64,000 nt of DNA, taken from positions 21,651 through 85,650 of the IMG/VR virus record IMGVR_UViG_3300025011_000030. One strand, given 5' to 3'. The translations under genes were made by a program, and so were the position numbers. This document shows positions 1-8,898 of this stretch, piece by piece (position 1 is the stretch's first letter; every line of letters starts with the position of its first letter). The notes beneath the pieces were generated by a model. That model did no database searches and was not told the origin of the DNA. It was given only the letters and a program-made list of their open reading frames with translations. The stretch comes from a virus.

Positions 1-114
1 TTTTTAATTCGGTTAGAGCATTCAGCTTGGAAGGAGCCGGGTATTGAAACTACGAATAAGGAGTTTTATAACAAGCGAAATAAGAACTGTAAAACTCTCA
101 AGCGAAACAGATAG
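1..114 (+). CDS. 3' end of an upstream gene (partial)
   Basis: Frame 1 is open from the window edge to TAG at 112-114, followed by a hairpin and T-tract. Confidence 0.4.
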   Translation, partial: FLIRLEHSAWKEPGIETTNKEFYNKRNKNCKTLKRNR

Positions 115-300
115 CTGAACAGGTTAAAAAGTCGCTCACTTAAAAAAGTGGGTGACTTTTTTTATATGTTATTCAAACGGGTTAATAAGGAGGGAGTATT
201 AAAAAAATGGTAGTTGGTAAGGTTATTAACGGAGTACCTATGCTTCATTTCACTAAGTCTAAATGTTGGGTGCCATTACACATGTTAAAGGAGATAACTG

Positions 301-657
301 ATGTCAGACAGGTCAACTCGGTATTTTAGTAACAAACAGGAAAAGCGAGTCACTCAGCGACATCAGCCTCACGGTAGCTCTAAAGTAGCTAACAGCGGTG
401 CCCGGCCGTTAGATAAGGGTGACGTACGATTTAAGCATGTTCTTACCGAGTGTAAAACGTTAATCAAACCACAGAAATCACGTTCAATAAAGAAAGAATG
501 GTTAACACAGGTTCGGGAGGAGGCTTTTGCTGTCGGTAAAGAACTTTCGGTATTGGTTTTTGATTTCGGTGACGGTGATGATTTTTACGCTGTTCATCCC
601 GACGACTTTATTAGTTTATATGAAGCTTGGGTAGAAGTTAATAAAGGAGTTGAGTAA
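301..657 (+). CDS. Holliday junction resolvase-like PD-(D/E)xK nuclease
   Basis: KQEKRV...NSGA...KGDV...ECKT catalytic pattern. Confidence 0.65.
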   Translation: MSDRSTRYFSNKQEKRVTQRHQPHGSSKVANSGARPLDKGDVRFKHVLTECKTLIKPQKSRSIKKEWLTQVREEAFAVGKELSVLVFDFGDGDDFYAVHPDDFISLYEAWVEVNKGVE

Positions 658-886
658 TATGAGCGAAGTATGTACAGCATGTCACCGTAAACTCAAAGAT
701 CCGGAGAGTATTGCTCGCGGTATGGGCCCTGTTTGTTACCAGAAATTCGTGGGTAGCCCTATTCGGTTAACTATTAAACAGTTAGATCCCGAACAGGTGC
801 CGGCGGTGTTTACGTCAAAGATTTTGCCTGAAGATTTACCGTTGATTCGCTTATGCCGGTTATTACAAGATAAATTTGGAGGTTGA
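650..886 (+). CDS. DUF6011-like zinc-finger protein
   Basis: CxxCHRKLKDPESIARGMGPVC motif. Confidence 0.7.
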   Translation: MSNMSEVCTACHRKLKDPESIARGMGPVCYQKFVGSPIRLTIKQLDPEQVPAVFTSKILPEDLPLIRLCRLLQDKFGG

Positions 887-890
887 TATT

Positions 891-1976
891 TTGATATCAT
901 TAGCTTTGAAATACCGTCCAAAAACTTTTGAGGATGTAGTGGGTCAGGAAAACACTATTAAAATACTAATGAACCAGCTGCAGAACAAAGATACTCGTCA
1001 AGGTTATTTATTCACAGGTTCTGCCGGGACTGGAAAAACCACGGTGGCCAGAATATTTGCCAACGCTATCAACGAGGGTAAAGGTTCACCTATTGAGCTA
1101 GATGCTGCAAGTAATAACGGTGTAAACGAAGTAAGAGAACTCCGTGAAAACTGTAAGTTTAAGCCCATTGACAGCCCATATAAAGTTTATATTATTGACG
1201 AAGTTCACATGTTATCAACAGGTGCATTTAATGCCTTGTTAAAAACATTGGAAGAGCCTCCTGCTCATGCCGTGTTTATTTTATGCACTACAGACCCGCA
1301 GAAAATACCGGCAACTATCATCAGCAGGACTCAACGATTTGGTTTTAAGAGAATACCCACCGAACAAGTGACTGCACGACTTCGTTATATTTTGGATGTT
1401 GAATCTGTTGGTTGTGTAAAGTGCCCAAAAACTGAAGAGTATCATGCTACTTGTTTAGAGTGCGAAGAGCCTGATATTTACTATGTTGAACTTGATGCGA
1501 TTGAGTTTATTGCTAAGTTAGCTAACGGAGGTATGCGAGATGCTATAAGTCTTATGGATACCTGCCTTTCCTACAAGAACAGGCTGTTGGTCAACGATGT
1601 ATCTGAAATTTTAGGTACGGCTAACTATACTGATTGCATAGATCTTTTATACAACTTGAACGATCGGGAAGTTAATACAGTTATTGAAATGATCGAAGAC
1701 CTGTATCAGGAAGGTAAGGATCTTAAGTTATTTGTTAAGACAATGACTGACTTCCTGTTAGACTATCAAAAGTATGTGCTATTTAATGGTTTGCAATATT
1801 GTACAATACCGTCAATGTATGTACAGGATCTTGAACGGTTACGGGATGTTTTGTCCAATGATTTTCTGCAAAATACTTTCAAATCGTTTGTTAAGTTAGT
1901 ACAAACGGTTAAATACGAAAGTGATCCTAAAATGTTGATTGAATGCGAGCTGTTACTACTTTGTAACGCCGGCTAG
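891..1976 (+). CDS. dnaX: DNA polymerase III clamp loader gamma/tau subunit (gamma-length)
   Basis: LALKYRPKTFEDVVGQ, Walker A GSAGTGKTT, ELDAASNNGV, IIDEVHMLS, LKTLEEPP, GGMRDAISL; TTG start after GGAGG. Confidence 0.95.
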   Translation: MISLALKYRPKTFEDVVGQENTIKILMNQLQNKDTRQGYLFTGSAGTGKTTVARIFANAINEGKGSPIELDAASNNGVNEVRELRENCKFKPIDSPYKVYIIDEVHMLSTGAFNALLKTLEEPPAHAVFILCTTDPQKIPATIISRTQRFGFKRIPTEQVTARLRYILDVESVGCVKCPKTEEYHATCLECEEPDIYYVELDAIEFIAKLANGGMRDAISLMDTCLSYKNRLLVNDVSEILGTANYTDCIDLLYNLNDREVNTVIEMIEDLYQEGKDLKLFVKTMTDFLLDYQKYVLFNGLQYCTIPSMYVQDLERLRDVLSNDFLQNTFKSFVKLVQTVKYESDPKMLIECELLLLCNAG

Positions 1977-1984
1977 ACTGCGAG

Positions 1985-2785
1985 GTGAAATTGTTGATAG
2001 GACAGAAAAAATTATTAGATCATTTACGTTCGTTAATTGAGCATACAGGTATGCCGGCACTATTAATATTAACAGGGCCTAAAGGTCAGGGTAAATACAC
2101 ATTAGCCAAAGAAGTCGCAGCATTATTTGATGCAGATGTATACGAGCCGGAAGCACTGAAAGTTGACGACATAAGAGCTTTAATTGAAGATACGTTTACG
2201 GTTAACCGACGGAAGATTTACATTTTACGCGATGCTCACGAAATGACGGTTCAGGCTCAAAACGCTCTACTTAAAACAGCTGAAGAGCCGCCGGTCAACT
2301 GTACTATAATAATGACGGTGAGTTTAGTCACTAAAATATTACCTACTATTTATTCCAGGTCGGTTCAGCTGAGTTTGGACTTGTATTCAAAAGAGGAACT
2401 GAAACAGTTTACGGATAACGAGGTATTGTTAACCGTATGCAGTAACCCTGGACAAATAAAGGAATTCCTAGAAATAGATTTCGTTGCGATGTTCGACAAT
2501 TGCCTGAAGATACTAAAGAGTGTGGGTAAAGTCACTCATGCAAATACTTTTAACATTTTAAAGTTTGTTGATGTTGAAAAATTGCATTTGTTTATGCTGG
2601 TACTTAAACATATCTATGCAGCTCAGTTACCTTTAGTAGACAAAAGTAAAGCTCCTTTTTTAGCTAAGAGCATTGAAATACTGCACAGGTATTCAGCTTT
2701 ATTAACTAATAAGTCTATCAATAAGAATCATGCTTTAGAAATGATGTTTATTGATCTTAAGGAGGCTGAATACATTGGAATTTAA
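1985..2785 (+). CDS. holB: DNA polymerase III delta' subunit
   Basis: GPKGQGK, KVDDIR, AQNALLKTAEEPP, LPTIYSR arginine finger. Confidence 0.85.
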   Translation: MKLLIGQKKLLDHLRSLIEHTGMPALLILTGPKGQGKYTLAKEVAALFDADVYEPEALKVDDIRALIEDTFTVNRRKIYILRDAHEMTVQAQNALLKTAEEPPVNCTIIMTVSLVTKILPTIYSRSVQLSLDLYSKEELKQFTDNEVLLTVCSNPGQIKEFLEIDFVAMFDNCLKILKSVGKVTHANTFNILKFVDVEKLHLFMLVLKHIYAAQLPLVDKSKAPFLAKSIEILHRYSALLTNKSINKNHALEMMFIDLKEAEYIGI

Positions 2786-3680
2786 GCAGCTGAAAAAAGA
2801 ACTTGATTCTGGTAAGGTTCGACCTTTTTACATTTTCACAGGTGAAGAAAAGGAAGTACTTAGGAAGTACATTAAGCGCATAAGTCCCGATGTACAGACA
2901 GCTCAGTCCTTAGCCAGTATTGCCGGTAAGTTAAGCAGTCGCGGCCTGTTTGCCCGTAAACAGACTTTCGTTATACATAACGATAAAGAGGCCGTCAAGG
3001 TTGAGTTGAGCACGTTATTGAAGCTCATAGGTAACAATACGGTAATACTTGTGTACGACAGTATTGACGGACGAATTAAGTTTTTCAAAGAAGCTAAGGA
3101 CTATATCACCGAGTTTAAAAAGTTCACCGAAGCTCAATTAGCTGCAACGGTTAAACGTCTTTTAGGAACAGATGTAGAACCTAAAATATCTTTGATGTTG
3201 AGTTTGTACTGTGGTAACGATGTCGCCCGGTTAGAACTTGAATGTCATAAATTAAGAAGCTTAGGGTTACCTATAACCGAACAGTTAGTTGACGAGTTAG
3301 TGATACCGCCGGTCGAAGACGAGATTTTTAAAATGACCGAAAGTATTGCTAAAAAGGACGCCGTTATGGCTTGGTGCTTATACGATAACCTTCGGCAGTT
3401 GAAGGAAAGTCCTATTAAAATGATTAGTATACTCTATACCAAGTTTCGCGAAATATTTTTGGTACAGAGTATGCTTGACAGGGAAAATACAGAGGTATGC
3501 TCTAAGACAGGGTTGGTTTTTTGGCAGGTTAATAAAGCCCGTGAGTTAGCTAACAGGTTCAGCCTGACTGAGCTACTAAGGCACTTAAAATCCATTCAAA
3601 AAGCCGAGGTAGATATAAAGACAGGTCGTATTGAGGATATAGTTGCTTGGGAAAGCTTGTTGCTTAGCATTCTAAAATAA
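2775..3680 (+). CDS. holA: DNA polymerase III delta subunit
   Basis: FYIFTGEE N-terminus, ELECHKL, DIKTGR C-terminus; adjacent to dnaX/holB. Confidence 0.8.
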   Translation: MEFKQLKKELDSGKVRPFYIFTGEEKEVLRKYIKRISPDVQTAQSLASIAGKLSSRGLFARKQTFVIHNDKEAVKVELSTLLKLIGNNTVILVYDSIDGRIKFFKEAKDYITEFKKFTEAQLAATVKRLLGTDVEPKISLMLSLYCGNDVARLELECHKLRSLGLPITEQLVDELVIPPVEDEIFKMTESIAKKDAVMAWCLYDNLRQLKESPIKMISILYTKFREIFLVQSMLDRENTEVCSKTGLVFWQVNKARELANRFSLTELLRHLKSIQKAEVDIKTGRIEDIVAWESLLLSILK

Positions 3681-3686
3681 AAGGAA

Positions 3687-4385
3687 TTGGTTACCGTGGT
3701 AAATACAGCTGAGTGTAAGAACTCTAATATACATCCATCGTTAAATTTTAGAATAGACGACTATGATTTGCAGTTAGTTATAAGGGCGAAAACTGACGAA
3801 CGGTCGTTTGATAATTTGTTTAACCGACCCAAGTCGCAGAAGATACGTCAGGTTATGGCTCGGAGGTATTGGGCTCCCGGAGCAGACTTTGACGATCTGT
3901 TGCAAATAGCTAACATAGGGTTCTGGTTTGCCGTTCGTGACTTTAACCCTGAAAGGGATACTAAGTTTCTAATTTTTATGAAGATTTGCATAAAAAGACT
4001 TCTTATAACATTCTTAAAGTTTTCAACCAGGCAAAAACAAATGCCGTTAAATTTTTCACGTTCTTACGATGCTTGTATTTACGACGGTTCAACCGAAACA
4101 TTGTTAAATAAAGTTCCAGATTACGATGCAGACCCTATTGCATGTATATTGAAGGTAGCCGACTGTAACGACCTCTTGGTCGTTCTTTCGGAATTCCTTA
4201 GTACTTTAGAATACGATATCCTGATAATGCGGTATATTGAGGGTTTAGATTACGAACAAATTGCACACATTCGGCGGTGCTCGATTAAGCGAGTCAACAA
4301 TGCCCTTCAACGAGTCAAGAAAAAGGCATTAAAGCACAAAGCCAAGGTATTAAATGATTGCTATTTTATACAAAGAGGAAGGTGA
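3687..4385 (+). CDS. SigH-like RNA polymerase sigma factor
   Basis: GADFDDLLQIANIGF..AVRDF, STRQKQMPLN and region 4 YEQIA...KRVNNALQRVKKK resemble Bacillota SigH. Confidence 0.85.
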   Translation: MVTVVNTAECKNSNIHPSLNFRIDDYDLQLVIRAKTDERSFDNLFNRPKSQKIRQVMARRYWAPGADFDDLLQIANIGFWFAVRDFNPERDTKFLIFMKICIKRLLITFLKFSTRQKQMPLNFSRSYDACIYDGSTETLLNKVPDYDADPIACILKVADCNDLLVVLSEFLSTLEYDILIMRYIEGLDYEQIAHIRRCSIKRVNNALQRVKKKALKHKAKVLNDCYFIQRGR

Positions 4386-4815
4386 CTATTACTTGGGTTG
4401 GTTAGCTTTTGTCTGTTCCATATTAGGGTATTATTTCCTCATAAAGAAAAGTCATTGGGTATTCCCTATATGGACAGTATCCAACATTGGATGGGTAGTG
4501 CTTGCGGTTTATAATAAGGATTTACCGCAGTTGGCTTTATTTAGTATTTATATTGTTATCAACTTTTATGGTTGGTACAAGTGGGCACAGGGTTCTACAA
4601 TTATTATCGGTGCGGTTTATCAGAATTCTAAAAATGGCGTATTTTATAGAGTATTGGGAATCGACGGCGAACAAGTTGTTTATATGTGCGAAGATACTCA
4701 ACTATATTCAAGACCTGTTAAAGAGTGGTTCGGTAAAAACCGCAAAGGGGAAGTAAGATTCAAACATGCACCTATTCACAACGATAAAGTTCCAAAAGTT
4801 TGTTCCTGGAACTAA
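4354..4815 (+). CDS. Membrane protein (PnuC-like transmembrane segment) fused to a DUF1653-like domain
   Basis: Three hydrophobic segments ending YGWYKW, then YRVLG..VVY...LYSRPVKEWF...RF. Confidence 0.5.
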   Translation: MIAILYKEEGDYYLGWLAFVCSILGYYFLIKKSHWVFPIWTVSNIGWVVLAVYNKDLPQLALFSIYIVINFYGWYKWAQGSTIIIGAVYQNSKNGVFYRVLGIDGEQVVYMCEDTQLYSRPVKEWFGKNRKGEVRFKHAPIHNDKVPKVCSWN

Positions 4816-4843
4816 ATCAGTTCAACAAAGGGAGTGGTAACTC

Positions 4844-5671
4844 ATAAGTAAGGCAGATACAATTTTTATAAACATGTGTCAGAATATATTAAATAACGGA
4901 GTAACTTCAGAAGGACAAAAGGTGAGGCCGAAATGGAATGACGGAACTCCGGCACATACCGTTAAAATTTTCGGAGTGATAAATCGGTACAACCTTGCAG
5001 AGGAATTTCCAATCACTACACTCAGGCCCACTAATTTAAAAGCTGTAATAGACGAAATACTTTGGATTTGGCAAAAGAAATCGAATAACGTTAATGAACT
5101 TAATACTCGAATTTGGGATAGCTGGGCCGACTTTGACGGTTCAGTAGGTAAGACATACGGTTACCAGCTGGGTATTAAGCATAGATACCTAGAAGGGGTA
5201 TTTGATCAGGTTGACAGGGTATTATACGATTTAAAGCATAATCCTTATAGTAGAAGGATAATAACCAACATGTATAATCACCATGACCTACATGAAATGA
5301 ACTTATATCCATGCTGTTATAGCATGACATTTAATGTTATAGGTGATACATTAAGTGCCATTTTAAATCAGCGATCACAAGATGTGCTAGTCGCTAATAA
5401 TTGGGATGTATGTCACCATGCAATTGTTTTGTTAATGTTTGCACAGGTGACCGGCTTTAAAGTGGGTGAGTTAATTCATGTGATTGCTGATACGCACATT
5501 TACGACAGGCATGTTGAGGCCGTGAAGGAGCTTATTCAGCGAGAAACATATCCTGCACCCAGTTTACTTGTTAACCCTGATGTGAGAAATTTCTACGATT
5601 TTTCAGTTGACGATTTTGTACTATTGAATTACAAAAGTGGTCCTCAAATTAAAATTCCTGTAGCTGTTTAA
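4844..5671 (+). CDS. thyA: Thymidylate synthase-family enzyme with Asp at the Asn177-equivalent position (possible dCMP methylase)
   Basis: EILWIW, YGYQ, SRRI, catalytic PC, QRSQD, DTHIY motifs; probable ATA start at 4844 (first ATG at 4874). Confidence 0.9.
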   Translation: MSKADTIFINMCQNILNNGVTSEGQKVRPKWNDGTPAHTVKIFGVINRYNLAEEFPITTLRPTNLKAVIDEILWIWQKKSNNVNELNTRIWDSWADFDGSVGKTYGYQLGIKHRYLEGVFDQVDRVLYDLKHNPYSRRIITNMYNHHDLHEMNLYPCCYSMTFNVIGDTLSAILNQRSQDVLVANNWDVCHHAIVLLMFAQVTGFKVGELIHVIADTHIYDRHVEAVKELIQRETYPAPSLLVNPDVRNFYDFSVDDFVLLNYKSGPQIKIPVAV

Positions 5672-5684
5672 AGGAGGGTCTGAA

Positions 5685-6173
5685 TTGATATTATTAAGTG
5701 GTATTCAACTAACTCACATGCTGTTGGCTATTGAATCTTCGAAATTAAATACCTTTTGTTATAGAGGTCAGACAGGTGCCGTTATTGTAGCCGAAGATGG
5801 TGCAGTCGTTTTCGCTTATAATCGTATGCCGGTTAGTATTGATCACCGAATGTGTGTACCTGAAAAATGTCCTAGGGAAGGACAGAAACGGGGTGACTGG
5901 TCTAGTCAAAAAGTTTGCCCTGTTATTCACGCTGAAAGAGGTGCTATTTACAATGCAGCGAAGACAGGTTTAAAAACTGCAGGTGCCGCGATGTATTGCA
6001 CATATAAACCGTGTATGGAATGTGCAGTAGCTATCAGTGAGGCTGATATCGAGACTGTATATTTCCTCAAAGATTATAAGCCTGAGGAAGAAAAGGATAC
6101 CTACGATGAAGTAGAAGTGTTCTGCTCGCGAGCCTTAATACGTTTGTATCATGCACAACTACCGAGGTATTAA
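5685..6173 (+). CDS. dCMP deaminase
   Basis: HAE and PCxxC zinc motifs. Confidence 0.85.
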   Translation: MILLSGIQLTHMLLAIESSKLNTFCYRGQTGAVIVAEDGAVVFAYNRMPVSIDHRMCVPEKCPREGQKRGDWSSQKVCPVIHAERGAIYNAAKTGLKTAGAAMYCTYKPCMECAVAISEADIETVYFLKDYKPEEEKDTYDEVEVFCSRALIRLYHAQLPRY

Positions 6174-6180
6174 GTTTCAC

Positions 6181-6209
6181 TTGTATATTATATCATAATA
6201 TGTTACACT
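6181..6209 (+). promoter_or_regulatory. Sigma-A promoter with operator-like spacer
   Basis: TTGTAT-N17-TACACT with extended TG; spacer shared with promoters at 12943, 18624 and 56887. Confidence 0.65.
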
Positions 6210-6265
6210 ATCAGGTAACAGGTTGTAAAACTTGTTACCTGATATTAGTTAGAGGAGGTCAACCA

Positions 6266-6601
6266 ATGACTCAAACAATTAAAATTAACACTAGCTTTTT
6301 AAGTCAGTTAGCACAGGTTAAGTCCGTTGAAACTCCGTCCAGAAGAGCTAAAACAGAACGCACTGTTACGTCGAACAACGCGAGAAAATCTACAGTTATA
6401 ACTGAAAATGATTTCTTGTCTACTCTTACGTTCAACCCTAACTGGCGGGATAAGCCTGAATTATTAGTACCAACTGCCGGGGTATGTATGCGCCCTCCTC
6501 GAAAACGTAACCTTTACTGTGCCGACTGCAAGTATCACGAAGGTTGCACCAACGACGGTAAATGTGAACCGGCAGGTGCACCACCCAAGAAGAGAAAATA
6601 G
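6266..6601 (+). CDS. Hypothetical protein with C-terminal Cys cluster
   Basis: ORF after GGAGGTCAA RBS; CADCKYHEGC. Confidence 0.6.
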   Translation: MTQTIKINTSFLSQLAQVKSVETPSRRAKTERTVTSNNARKSTVITENDFLSTLTFNPNWRDKPELLVPTAGVCMRPPRKRNLYCADCKYHEGCTNDGKCEPAGAPPKKRK

Positions 6602-6610
6602 TATAGAGGT

Positions 6611-6657
6611 AAAATAAGGTCGCCTACTTAAAAATAGGTGACCTTATTTTATATATT
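6611..6657 (+). promoter_or_regulatory. Terminator hairpin overlapping CTTAAAAA/TATATATT promoter motif
   Basis: AAAATAAGGTCGCCTA-cttaaaaa-TAGGTGACCTTATTTT followed by ATATATT. Confidence 0.6.
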
Positions 6658-6700
6658 GAGTGTCGCGAGAAAATTAAAATTTGAAGGGAGTCGTAACTAT

Positions 6701-7276
6701 GTGAGGAAATCTGTATTTCTACTAAGTTTGTTAATTGTTTTAATAGGGTTTCAAAGTTCTTCAACTCCGGAATTACTATCAACACCTGTAGCTCGTAAAA
6801 CTGTTTCGGTTAGTCGCGAGCCTACTAACTATCTAAGTATACCGTTAGAACCTCGTTATCAAGCACTTGTTAAACAATTAAGCGATACGAATGGGTTAGA
6901 CTTTTTGTTGGTGGTAGCTATTGCAGGTGCTGAGACAGGTGAAACGTACGATGTTAATACGGTGGGCGTCACAGGTGATTTGGGTTTATTTCAGCTGAAC
7001 CCGAATTATTGTCAATACTTCGCAGAACAAGCTGAAGTAGTCAATGAACCGTTAGAGGCCGTACCTAATATCAAAATGGCTCTTTGTGAACTGACTCGGT
7101 TAAGGGACTTCTGGCAAGACAAAGGTAAACAGGGAGTTGACTTAGAGAACTGTATTTTGTCTAGCTATAATAAGGGAATTGCTGGGTTTAATCGGTACGG
7201 TTATGCAGTACAGTATATATCCAAAGTAAATCGTGTTCGTACAGCATTAGTAGAGGAGGTTTCAAATGAATCCTAA
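6701..7276 (+). CDS. Secreted or membrane-anchored lytic transglycosylase (SLT domain)
   Basis: N-terminal hydrophobic signal, AIAGAET catalytic Glu, GLFQL, SYNKG. Confidence 0.8.
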   Translation: MRKSVFLLSLLIVLIGFQSSSTPELLSTPVARKTVSVSREPTNYLSIPLEPRYQALVKQLSDTNGLDFLLVVAIAGAETGETYDVNTVGVTGDLGLFQLNPNYCQYFAEQAEVVNEPLEAVPNIKMALCELTRLRDFWQDKGKQGVDLENCILSSYNKGIAGFNRYGYAVQYISKVNRVRTALVEEVSNES

Positions 7277-7914
7277 TTGGTTAAATCTTTGCCCGTCTTG
7301 TAAAAACGCTTGCAATGAGGTTCCTGTTCAAGAATACACTCAGTACGAGTTAGACCAGCCTAAAGCTGTACAGTATCATTTCGGTCGTATGTTAGATAAT
7401 ATAAAGACTCCATTAATTCGCCGAGTTACTGCAGGTACTAGAAACATGTCCGGCATACATATTTAAGGTTCCGGCATCCTCTAGCGGCAAGTATCATCCT
7501 CCATTTAGTTTGGGCCGAGAAGGTTTGATTCGGCATATCAAGGCGGCGGTTAAAATTGCAATAGCTCTTTTGGAGCACCCTTACTATGGGTTCACTCAGT
7601 ACGAAAAAGACTTAATCGTTGGAGGATTGTTAATTCATGACTGCGTCAAATCAGGTTTTGATTATGATGAATCAACTGGTAAGGTGCATACTATTGATGA
7701 GCATCCTATGTTAGTTGAACAGTTGATTAACGTTGACGGTTTAGTTGATGTTGATAAGTTAGTAGTGCAAACACTTGTTCAGGCTGTACGTGGGCATATG
7801 GGCCCTTGGCATAAAAACAAAATGCCAGAGCCTAAAACCCGGTTGGAAAGATTTGTACATCATTGTGATTATATTTGTAGTCGTAAAATCTTTTTGGACT
7901 TTGATTTTTCGTAG
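7266..7914 (+). pseudogene. HD-domain phosphohydrolase, frameshifted near 7420-7435
   Basis: The second frame reads ..LETCPAYIFKVPASSSGKYHP..GLIRH..LLIHD..HMGPW..HHCDY and joins the 7266 ORF. Confidence 0.75.
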
Positions 7915-7930
7915 AGAGGTGACCGAATTA

Positions 7931-8479
7931 ATGCACGTATGTATAGCAGGCCCAATGGGCTCTGGAAAGTCTACCACAGCTAAGATTATACAAGATACTC
8001 TACTGTTTGACGACGTGATACTGTTAAACCAAACGACAGGTATTAAAACTCTTATGGACGAGCTTAACTATCAAAAGTTACCTTCTCGTAAAGTTTATCA
8101 GGACGTTATGGAATATTTTCGTGAACTATGTGGGCCGGATTGTCATTGTAGGAGAACAGTTCAACAAGTAGAGAAGGCTGCCGGTAAGATTTGTGTGGTT
8201 GACGATGTTCGCCAACATAACGAAATGGCTGTATTCAAGGAGCACGGTTTCGTTTCAATTGGTATTACCGCGCCGGATAATTTAAGAGCCAACAGGTTAT
8301 TTAATCGGGACGGGTACGACCAAACCCAGTTTTTTACTCACCCAAAAGAGTACGAGGCTATGCAAGTGGTTAAATCTTGTGATTTCGAAGTTACTAATAA
8401 CGGTTCCATAGCCCAATTAAAAGCACACGTTCGACGTATTTTAAACTTAATTCCCAAACGTGACCTCAGTACATCATGA
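7931..8479 (+). CDS. Deoxynucleoside monophosphate kinase-like P-loop kinase
   Basis: GPMGSGKST, VDDVR.HNE, NNGSI. Confidence 0.75.
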   Translation: MHVCIAGPMGSGKSTTAKIIQDTLLFDDVILLNQTTGIKTLMDELNYQKLPSRKVYQDVMEYFRELCGPDCHCRRTVQQVEKAAGKICVVDDVRQHNEMAVFKEHGFVSIGITAPDNLRANRLFNRDGYDQTQFFTHPKEYEAMQVVKSCDFEVTNNGSIAQLKAHVRRILNLIPKRDLSTS

Positions 8480-8898
8480 CGGTTTTAGGTTATTTTGACG
8501 GCGCTAACAAAGGTCAACCAGGCCCTGCCGGGATAGGTGCTCTTATAATCAAGGACGGAGTTATGATATGGGAAAAGGCGGAGTATATCGGTCTTAAAAC
8601 TAATAACGAAGCTGAGTATATGGCTTTGTTAGCTGTACTCAAACAAGCTGTATATCTTGGTATTAAAGAAATAACTATTCGCGGCGATAGTTTATTAGTA
8701 GTTAATCAGGTCAATCGAAAGTGGAAGTGTGAAACGCCACATTTAAAACCTTTGTTGAAACAAGCTTGGGAATATTTAGCATATATTCCTCGTTATAAGC
8801 TAAAATGGATTCCTCGTACCCAAAATACTTATGCCGATGCTCTTAGTAAACGAGGCCGCATTGAGTTAGCACCTAAGGAGGTTGGCGAGTTTGCCTGA
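8476..8898 (+). CDS. rnhA: Ribonuclease HI
   Basis: FDGA..GPAGIG, TNNEAEY, GDSLLV, N..ADAL. Confidence 0.9.
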   Translation: MTVLGYFDGANKGQPGPAGIGALIIKDGVMIWEKAEYIGLKTNNEAEYMALLAVLKQAVYLGIKEITIRGDSLLVVNQVNRKWKCETPHLKPLLKQAWEYLAYIPRYKLKWIPRTQNTYADALSKRGRIELAPKEVGEFA

